A DNA stretch of 64,000 bases from an uncultured Bacteroidales bacterium (lineage in GTDB: Bacteria; Bacteroidota; Bacteroidia; Bacteroidales; VadinHA17): positions 64,688-128,687 of the forward strand of contig CAVRBS010000014.1 of the NCBI GenBank assembly GCA_963719235.1. Direction: 5' to 3'. Positions 41,745-48,923 of this stretch are shown piece after piece (position 1 is the stretch's first letter; each line of letters starts with the position of its first letter). Below the pieces are notes generated by a model that was not told the DNA's origin, searched no databases, and worked only from the letters and a program-made list of their open reading frames with translations. Made by a program: the position numbers and the translations under genes.

Positions 41745-42173
41745 TCATGCAGGACGAGATACTTTCTTAATGATGGTGTCTATCTGTCTGTTGTATAGGT
41801 TCATAAGCGCGGTGTTCCTTTTTATGGACGGGGAGAGTGTTTTCAGCTTTGTACAAAAATAAAGAAGCAACTCTACCTCTGTCTGTTTCTTCTGCGAATA
41901 CCTGATGTACTTCCTGGTGTTCTTTAAGATCTTCCTGACACTCTTTCTGATATAGTAATAGGTCGTCTTGTTGATCTTTTCAAATTCCTCATCTATCTCC
42001 TTCTTTACACCAGCTATATATGACTGCTCGTCGGATGATTCGAACAGCAGATAAGTCAGCAACTCCTTGTTCTCCTTTTTAAATCTCGACAGGCGGAGAC
42101 AGAGATCGCGCAGTTCCTTTGGCGTGCGATACGTTAATTCCTGGCTTAGTTCTCTGACCGTGACTGTCTTCAT
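41745..42173 (-). CDS. Hypothetical protein (conserved-looking, basic, helical)
   Basis: ORF 41745..42278 with preferred ATG 42171-42173 (MKTVTVRELSQEL...). A shifted frame at the 3' end reads YLVLHEDLQYDYGLELSELNK to TAG 41696-41698, so the true C-terminus may be displaced. Confidence 0.4.
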   Translation of the reverse strand: MKTVTVRELSQELTYRTPKELRDLCLRLSRFKKENKELLTYLLFESSDEQSYIAGVKKEIDEEFEKINKTTYYYIRKSVRKILKNTRKYIRYSQKKQTEVELLLYFCTKLKTLSPSIKRNTALMNLYNRQIDTIIKKVSRPA

Positions 42174-42403
42174 AGATAAGACGGTTAAAATGGGTAGCAT
42201 TGTTACACGCAAAGGTAAAATATAATCCGCTCCAGAGTGGGAGCATCGAAAAGGGACAGACTGAACTGAACTGAGCAATTAAGAATTAATACTTAATAAT
42301 TTAGAATTCGGCAGTCTTTGAGTTTGTCGAATAATTCGAATCTGAATGACTACATAGCAGCACGACATCAGACTCTTGAAACCTGCAGACGAGCGAAATC
42401 CGG

Positions 42404-43155
42404 TTATTCCTTAATGCAACGGACAGCGTAACCGGATCTCTTTTTCTTCGTAGTATATATACATGGTGGCATCCTCGGTAGGAGACATAATAGGTATAAC
42501 ACTGAAGCTAGTATCGAACACGGAAGTGCACCAGTAGTAAGTGCATAGTAACCCAAATCATCTAAACTCACCGATGAGAGGAGCGATAGCCGGAGGGAAG
42601 GGTCGTAAAAACCATGTTATCGGTGGCATCAGTGTTAGGGCTGTCCCAGCGAGGGTGTTAGGATCAGGATCGGTCCGCTGGCTTTTCAGCTTGCCGCCGG
42701 CAACTGATCCTCGCCTCCGAAGGAATGTGACAAGATCATCCCAATCATCATCGGTAGGTACACGCCAGCCTGTCGGGCAAAGCCCTCTGCTGGCAGCTCA
42801 CAGCGTAAAAGTTGTAGAGTAACCCATAAGCGTGCTAATCATATCGGAATCGGAATTAAGGCCATCAATGTAAGGAACATGGATAAACGGTGCAGGCAGC
42901 ACCGGCGCTGGCCCATTCCATAATCATCATATAACCCTGTTAACATGCCGGTGCCGTCACGGAAACTTATAGTGCGGAGGTTTTCCTTTCATCCAAACCT
43001 GATCGTTTATTACCTGAAGTACGATAAACATTACCGCTCCGCGTCTTTAACAGTTTCAGAGTCGTCAAGTCCTTAGCTGCAAGCCGATCAGAAACATTAA
43101 TGCTACTCCTATCAGGGATTAATGAGATAATCCGGAGTTTCATTTGCGTATTCAT
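42404..43155 (-). pseudogene. Degraded paralog of the FISUMP-domain gene 14412..15286
   Basis: It shows clear nucleotide similarity to 14640-15060 (for example cttttcagcttgcc[tg]ccggcaa, cctgtcgggcaaag, ggccatcaat, ctggcccattc). The translation has many stops and frame changes, though GLLYNF, DSPNTDATDN and ...VRCIKE* remain recognisable. Confidence 0.7.
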
Positions 43156-43296
43156 ATTCTTGTGTATTAAGATTAGTACTCCAATTCAATCAAGTAAATG
43201 TCTGTGCAGACTGCCAGGTAAGCAGTGAAATTACAATCATGCTGATTATCAAATTAATGACAATTTACGAATTTTTCAGACTGAAGTCAAATTTTT

Positions 43297-44136
43297 TTAT
43301 ATCAGGAAACCAGGCTTACCGCGGCTAAAAGAAACAAGACCAGATAACAGACATACGGATCTTAAGATGAAATTGCCGTCGTAGTCCATACGGGGATCAG
43401 CATTGGACAGATCGATGACCCTGTGAAAGCCGATATTGCCATTCTTATGGGTCGATGATCCGGCATTGTAACACCGCGGGATACCCCAGACACCGTTATA
43501 GATCTTGCCGGCAGTGACAGGATTGACATGATAATGACCGAACAAGAGCATATCGACCTTGTTTTCGATAATCTCCTTCAAATCGTTGCTGTCCTTCAGC
43601 TGCATCCCGAGCTTAAAATCGAACGGGTGATGGTGCAGGTAGACAACCTTCTTCCGGCTGATGACCTCCGGCCTGTTCAGTATCCTCTTCAAACGCATTA
43701 ACTGTGCCACTCCTATCTCACCCTCGGAGAGGAAACGGTCGCGCCAGTGCAGCTCATCGGCTGTTAAGTCAAGCCCGATAAAAGCAATTTTACCAATGAT
43801 ATCCAGCTTTGGATAAGAGATCCTTTTCGACCCGAAATATCTCTCTTTGAACAAAGTGACAGATTTCTCATATCCCCTTGTGCCGGTTCCGTAGTCGTGG
43901 TTGCCGGGAACGACCAGCACCCTGTACCCGCGTTCTTCAAGCTGCCTGAGGCCGTCAACAGCCTCATCGGTCTGTTCACTTTTCGTGGCATTGTCAACAA
44001 TGTCGCCGGTAACCACAATCACGTAATTGTCTGCCGGTTGTTTCAGGAAGGTGATGTTATCAATCAGAGCCCGGAATTTGTCGCCGCAGTCTTCGTGTCC
44101 GATATGAAGGTCGGATAAATGAATGATCTTTTTCAC
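43297..44136 (-). CDS. Calcineurin-like metallophosphoesterase
   Basis: MKKIIHLSDLHIGH, VTGDIVDN, VPGNHD, LHHHP and GHYH form the full phosphoesterase motif set. Confidence 0.85.
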   Translation of the reverse strand: MKKIIHLSDLHIGHEDCGDKFRALIDNITFLKQPADNYVIVVTGDIVDNATKSEQTDEAVDGLRQLEERGYRVLVVPGNHDYGTGTRGYEKSVTLFKERYFGSKRISYPKLDIIGKIAFIGLDLTADELHWRDRFLSEGEIGVAQLMRLKRILNRPEVISRKKVVYLHHHPFDFKLGMQLKDSNDLKEIIENKVDMLLFGHYHVNPVTAGKIYNGVWGIPRCYNAGSSTHKNGNIGFHRVIDLSNADPRMDYDGNFILRSVCLLSGLVSFSRGKPGFLI

Positions 44137-44261
44137 GGTACGGTTGTGATGTATAACTGATGTTAAAAATAAGACTTTCTATCTTTCGTTATCTTACTTT
44201 CTTGCCCTGTAATAAGAAAGTACAATTTAAAAGGCATCACCTCCCTTTAAATGTCTTGCTG

Positions 44262-44568
44262 CATCAGGGTGTCGCCCTAATAACGGATAAGGAAGTGCTG
44301 CCGATATGGGCTCTGGTAGTGGTTTCGAAGGCTAAAACCCTGTCAGTGATTTTTCTACCTCCATCTGTATCCGTTGAAATATTTGCCAACCCATAACTAT
44401 AAGCTAATCCAAATTGGATAGTTATAATTTCTATTCCTTCGCAGAACTCATTGCATTACTCCCAATTGGATAGGCAAATGTAACCTGGCCTTAGCGAGTT
44501 CTTAAACTGACATTTTCTTGTGCAATAATATTTATTGACATTGAAAATACCAACATGCTTAATAGCAT
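44262..44568 (-). pseudogene. Remnant of the 5' third of a paralog of repeat-OMP gene 19382..20398
   Basis: 44440-44568 aligns with 20270-20398 (ggtaggcaaatgtaacctg...catgcttaata). The minus-strand translation MLLSMLVFSMSINIIAQENVSLRTR*GQVTFAYPIGS... parallels MPKTFLLSIMVFLMSLSLVAQENNSLKTRKVQVTFAYPIGS, and then decays. Confidence 0.55.
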
Positions 44569-45039
44569 TATTTTTTTTTCTTTTAGGATATTACATTCAT
44601 AATAATACTTGCTAACGGCCTGGCAATAAAGAGGGCCGAACGTTAAGTCCCGCCATGTTATTTCGGGATAACGGGGAGCCAGCTTGAAGGTGTGGCATGT
44701 TACCCGACGACAACACCGTCGTGGTCATGGTATCACCAGTACTAATGTGTCTTAAGTGCGGGAACAAATTACAAAAAATGTGACATCCTGCCCTGCAAGG
44801 CGGAAAGCAACTTACCCTGATCGCCTGTGTTAGGTGGTCGTGGCTATTATTTATATGTTTATTTTATTGTATTAATGCTATTTTATATTTGAACATTTAC
44901 ATGTCTGTTTTACGGAATGTTAAAGGCAGAAAACAAATACTATGATGCCAATATGTTTGTCTGAGAAGAATTAGCAACAGCTTGAAGATTATTTTAATTA
45001 ATAGTCAGGTACTGCGGGAAAAACAGATCTCTAAAATGA

Positions 45040-45567
45040 TCAAAACTTAAGGCAGATTTTTGCTCCATTCCCTGTAAGATTAAGATCCATTGTTACAGCA
45101 GTTTTTCCTGATCGAGAGCGCATTTCAGAATTGTAAAGATTTATTGACTTATTAAAATTTGAAGACGACATAAGAAAGAATGGAACGCTGCCAAGCATAA
45201 CCACGGCACCACTTATTAAAAAGGTACCTGCTGTCTTTGAATATTCATCCGACTGAGCTAGGTCTCCTTCATTAACAGCACTTGCACTCATTATTTCATA
45301 AACAAGTCCAACTCCGATAAGAGCCGTTCCTCCAATCATCACCGACTGACCAATGATAGCATTGGTTTTGTAAGCCTTATAAGCACCTTCAGAAGAAGGA
45401 TTTGATTTAAGCAAATTGCCCAGGTCTTTATAGGCAATTGGATTACCCTCATTAAGATAGGTTTTTTTTAGTCCTTTCTTTTGGGTAGTTAACGGTCCAG
45501 TCTCCTGTGCAAAAACAGCAATGGAGAAAACTAATAAGAGAATTGAAGAAATTGCATGTCTTTTCAT
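45040..45567 (-). CDS. Hypothetical protein with signal peptide and two hydrophobic segments (AT-rich gene)
   Basis: 175-aa ORF starting MKRHAISSILLLVFSIAVFAQE. I recognise no family. Confidence 0.5.
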   Translation of the reverse strand: MKRHAISSILLLVFSIAVFAQETGPLTTQKKGLKKTYLNEGNPIAYKDLGNLLKSNPSSEGAYKAYKTNAIIGQSVMIGGTALIGVGLVYEIMSASAVNEGDLAQSDEYSKTAGTFLISGAVVMLGSVPFFLMSSSNFNKSINLYNSEMRSRSGKTAVTMDLNLTGNGAKICLKF

Positions 45568-45758
45568 TTCTATTAAGGTTTAGTTCGGCTTAAAGATAGC
45601 TTTCTTCTTGTAAACATTCTATTCTTATTTACAATATTAAGTAATAATTTGATTTGCAATTTTCTTGGGACATTTTATTAATTAAGAGTTTACGATGTTA
45701 ATTTGATAATTACTAATCAGCAATGACTTTTATATATATTTTTTTTAATAATAATTAG

Positions 45759-45786
45759 GTTTGCATTGCAAACAACATTATATTTG
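45759..45786 (+). promoter_or_regulatory. Perfect 15-nt palindrome (candidate operator) followed 5 nt later by a TAnnTTTG -7 box
   Basis: gtttgcaTtgcaaac lies at 45759-45773 and tatatttg at 45779-45786, 33 nt before ATG 45819. A further tttgcaat half-site occurs near 45650. Confidence 0.4.
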
Positions 45787-45818
45787 CAATATTGTTTATT
45801 GTTTAAATATGAAAAAAC

Positions 45819-46388
45819 ATGAAAAATTCAGAAAGATTAGATCTAAACCAAAGCTTAGATATTATATCTAATGCAATTCAAAAAACTAAAGAAAACATTA
45901 AAGAGCAAAGTTTTTATTATTTACTGTGGGGGTGGTTAGCTTCAATAGCAGCTATTATGAACTATATTATTCTAAATTTCACTGACTTTGCAAATCACTG
46001 GTTACCTTGGGCCATTCTAATGCCGTTAGGAGGGATTGTTACGATGGTTTACTCAATAAAAAATAATAAGCAGAAGAGCTACGAAACTTATCTGGATATG
46101 TTCTTAAAATATCTGTGGATATCTATTGGAGTTTCTTTCATTTTAGCTGTATTCATATCCCTGATATTGAAAATAAGTCCAGCAATAATTGTATTATTAT
46201 TGGCGGGAATTGGAACTTTGATATCAGGCCTGGCAATGAAATTTAAACCTCTGATTTTGGGAGGAATATTATTCTTTCTGTTTTCATTATCTTCCGTCTT
46301 TGTTGACAACTCGTTCAAACTGTTAATATTTGCGATTGCAATTACTATTGGTTATTTAATACCTGCCTATATTTTAAAAAGACAATAA
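45819..46388 (+). CDS. Hypothetical multi-pass membrane protein
   Basis: 189-aa ORF with four to five hydrophobic helices. A small HTH gene follows 11 nt downstream. Confidence 0.55.
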   Translation: MKNSERLDLNQSLDIISNAIQKTKENIKEQSFYYLLWGWLASIAAIMNYIILNFTDFANHWLPWAILMPLGGIVTMVYSIKNNKQKSYETYLDMFLKYLWISIGVSFILAVFISLILKISPAIIVLLLAGIGTLISGLAMKFKPLILGGILFFLFSLSSVFVDNSFKLLIFAIAITIGYLIPAYILKRQ

Positions 46389-46399
46389 TGTAGTTAGCT

Positions 46400-46684
46400 A
46401 TGTATGGGAAAATAGATAGTGTACTCAATCAACCAATAAGACTAGCAATTATTTCTATTTTGATAAAAGTTCAATCAGCAGATTTTAATTTCTTAAAAGA
46501 GAGCACTGGAACAACTCAAGGAAACCTAAGTCATCAATTAAAAAAGCTGAAGGAAGCTGAATATATTGAAATTGATAAGAAATTTGTAAATAATTATCCG
46601 AGAACAATTTGCAGAATAACTAATAAAGGAAAGTCAGCATTTGAAAATTATGTTGAACAAATGAAATTATATCTTAATCTTTAG
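46400..46684 (+). CDS. Winged-helix transcriptional regulator (HTH_34-like)
   Basis: 94 aa with LNQPIRLAIISIL...FNFLKESTGTTQGNLSHQLKKLKEAEYIEI...TNKGKSAFENY, typical of the small wHTH regulators paired with membrane proteins. Confidence 0.7.
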   Translation: MYGKIDSVLNQPIRLAIISILIKVQSADFNFLKESTGTTQGNLSHQLKKLKEAEYIEIDKKFVNNYPRTICRITNKGKSAFENYVEQMKLYLNL

Positions 46685-47009
46685 GATTATTTTCCAGATA
46701 TCAATATTTAATCCTTACAAATCAATGCATAATAGGATCTATTATGCCCGCCTAAAAATATTCCAGAAATCATTTCTTAAATTTATAGAAGTCAGCATGG
46801 CAGCGATAGCAATTGCTCTGCTCATCAGGTCTTGTTTCTTTCGAGATATTAATTAAATCAGCATTTAAAGCGCAACCCTCACTTTTTAAAATAACTATTG
46901 CATCTGCTTCACTGTAACGATGTGAAAATCCGGAGTCACTCAATTTACTTGTACCAATTATAGTGGTTACTTAATCTGTTATAATGTCAAATTTCATTTT
47001 CTGAACATT

Positions 47010-47283
47010 ACAATTCACATAAGACGAATTTTTCAGATTGAAGTCAAGTTTTATTTAGGATCAGGACTCAGAGTGCTGACTTTGCGGACTTTCGGCTTTT
47101 AGGACTTTCGACTGTCTTAAATGAAATTGCCGTCATAGTCCATCCGGGGATCGGCATTGGCCAGATCGATGACCCTGTGGAAGCCGATATTGCCGTTCTT
47201 AAAGGCTTTGAATCTTTCATTATCTTACTTTCTTGTCCTGCCAGAAGAAAGTATAATTTTAGAAAGCTTCACTCCCTGTAATC
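47010..47283 (-). pseudogene. Internal-deletion remnant of a second copy of the metallophosphoesterase locus
   Basis: 47116-47201 aligns with 43361-43447 (last ~28 codons, ...NGNIGFHRVIDLANADPRMDYDGNFI*). 47205-47283 aligns with 44174-44250 (the upstream leader). 47010-47057 aligns with 43260-43299. About 0.7 kb of coding sequence is missing between them. Confidence 0.75.
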
Positions 47284-47284
47284 A

Positions 47285-47821
47285 TTATTGCTTTTCCAGT
47301 TTTTCGACGACTGCCTTGTATTTCTCGTAAACCATCTTCCGGTCTAATTCTCCGAATTCTGCGAATATGGCCTGGTCTTCTTCATCAGTGAAGTAGGCCC
47401 TGGATGCCGGGTAGAATTTCTTATCTTCCTTCTCAATGTGTTTTGGGAAGAATTCGATAATGGTTTTGAGGTTGTTGGCAATAACGATTAAGGCTATATC
47501 ATCACCATCGCGGTAGCGGTCATTGGCGTTGCTTATTAATGCTGTTGTCTGGCGCACCAGCACATGCTCCCTGATCAATTCATCCATGACCTGCTGATCA
47601 TCGGCAGATAACTTTTTATTTTTCAATTCCCGCATAAGGATGTCTTCCTCCTTGCCATGATGTGTTTTATCGGCATATACTCTGATGAAATCAACGGCGG
47701 TATCTACAAATACCGGGTCTATCTCGTGTTTGAATTCGATTTTGGATAAAGCAGCTTTTATAACAATAAGCATCCGCTCAATAAGACGATGCTCTATCAT
47801 GAGCAAACCATATGCATGCAT
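47285..47821 (-). CDS. Hemerythrin (HHE cation-binding) domain protein
   Basis: 178 aa with LMIEHRLIERML, YADKTHHGKEEDILMREL and IREHVLVRQ. Confidence 0.75.
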   Translation of the reverse strand: MHAYGLLMIEHRLIERMLIVIKAALSKIEFKHEIDPVFVDTAVDFIRVYADKTHHGKEEDILMRELKNKKLSADDQQVMDELIREHVLVRQTTALISNANDRYRDGDDIALIVIANNLKTIIEFFPKHIEKEDKKFYPASRAYFTDEEDQAIFAEFGELDRKMVYEKYKAVVEKLEKQ

Positions 47822-48037
47822 TTATAAAACTCCTTCCTGTTAGTAGTGATCCAAAATTCCTTGACCAAGATAAATAAAATAAAATTTATTGTCTGCTAAA
47901 AATAAATCCCCATTTGATTTATTATTTCCAGGATTGTGGTGAACCGGCGTTGTCAGGCGAGTTCACGCTCGCGTAAGGCGAAGTGATGTAGAACCTGACA
48001 GAATTTATTCTACTTTTATAAATCAAACTCATCATTG

Positions 48038-48259
48038 ATGCCGCAGCTTGGTAAAATATTAATAATCACAGGCATAATTCTGGTCGTTGCCGGGCTGATA
48101 ATATATTTTGCAGGTAACAGGTTTGCCTGGTTCGGCCATCTTCCCGGCGATATACGGATCGAAAGAGAAAACATGAGACTTTATTTCCCGGTAACAACAA
48201 TGCTCATACTAAGCATAGTGGCTTCCGTAGTTTTCTGGCTGATAAAAAAGTTGTTTTAG
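48038..48259 (+). CDS. DUF2905-family small membrane protein
   Basis: MPQLGKILIITGIILVVAGLIIY...HLPGDIRIERENMRLYFPVTTMLILSIV. The LPGDI motif and two helices are diagnostic. Confidence 0.8.
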   Translation: MPQLGKILIITGIILVVAGLIIYFAGNRFAWFGHLPGDIRIERENMRLYFPVTTMLILSIVASVVFWLIKKLF

Positions 48260-48280
48260 AAAATTCATCCGGCAATAACC

Positions 48281-48718
48281 ATGGACGCTCTCTTTATAAA
48301 GACATTCCTATTGCTGCTTCTGCCTGCCACGATCATTGACGCACAGGAAGTTGAGGTTACCATCACCGGGATCAGAAATACAGAGGGACAGATTGTCATA
48401 GGTGTTTTCAAAGACAGTGAAAGCTATAAGACAGAGGAGACATTCCTAACCATAAGTTTTAACAAGGATATCAGCCCTGACGGCGAGATGAGAGTTCACT
48501 TCAGGCTTGAACCCGGTGTCTATGGCCTCTGCCTGCTGGATGACGAGGACAGAGATGGCATTATGCATTATAATTTCCTGGGGATGCCGAAAGAAGGATT
48601 TGGGTTCTCGGATCTTTACTTTACAGGATTAATAAAGCCAACGTTCGACTCGTTCAAATTCACTATTGCCAAGGGCCAGCAGAAGAGTATAAATATCAGG
48701 GTGAGATATATTCTTTGA
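48281..48718 (+). CDS. DUF2141-family secreted protein
   Basis: It has a signal peptide plus ITGIRNTEGQIVIGVFKDSESY and GVYGLCLLDDEDRDGIMHYNFLGMPKEGFGFS. Confidence 0.8.
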   Translation: MDALFIKTFLLLLLPATIIDAQEVEVTITGIRNTEGQIVIGVFKDSESYKTEETFLTISFNKDISPDGEMRVHFRLEPGVYGLCLLDDEDRDGIMHYNFLGMPKEGFGFSDLYFTGLIKPTFDSFKFTIAKGQQKSINIRVRYIL

Positions 48719-48800
48719 ACAGCCAGCAATGTTAAAAAGCAAGGAGCATGCTGCACGGGGCATGTTGACGAACGCAGTGAGGAAATCCCGCGAAGCGGGA

Positions 48801-48918
48801 GGGCAAGGGGCGCGGGGCATGGAGCAAGGGGTAAGGAGCAGGGGTAAGGAGCAAGGGGTAATGTGAATATCGAACAGGGAACATCGATTTTTGAAGCCTG
48901 AAGTGATTGCAGGACTTC
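48801..48918. repeat. Dispersed intergenic repeat (second copy 59839-59935) containing a 13/14-nt x3 tandem array
   Basis: The shared blocks are ggggcatggagcaagggg ... tgaatatcgaaca[ga]gga ... cgatttttgaag[ct]ctgaa ... tgcaggac. The array ggagca(a)ggggtaa x3 lies at 48821-48861. Confidence 0.7.
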
Positions 48919-48923
48919 AGATC

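Noticed and set aside
44644-44655. 12-mer gttaagtcccgc identical to a universally conserved 16S rRNA segment
   Set aside because: The flanking sequence does not continue the 16S consensus (aacgagcgcaaccc), and no other rRNA blocks are present. I take it as a chance match or a tiny fragment, not an rRNA gene.
46700-46995. Minus-strand reading MKFDIITD*VTTIIGTSKLSDSGFSHRYSEADAIVILKSEGCALNADLINISK... as a degraded gene
   Set aside because: It contains an early stop and a frame change, and I could not recognise a family. It may be a decayed ORF behind the broken promoter copy at 47010-47057, but the evidence is too thin to annotate.
42404-47283. Interpreting the rearranged 42-47 kb zone as an integrated mobile element
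   Set aside because: No integrase, transposase, relaxase or phage genes are present, and no tRNA target or terminal inverted repeats are visible. Only paralog duplication and deletion signatures are seen.
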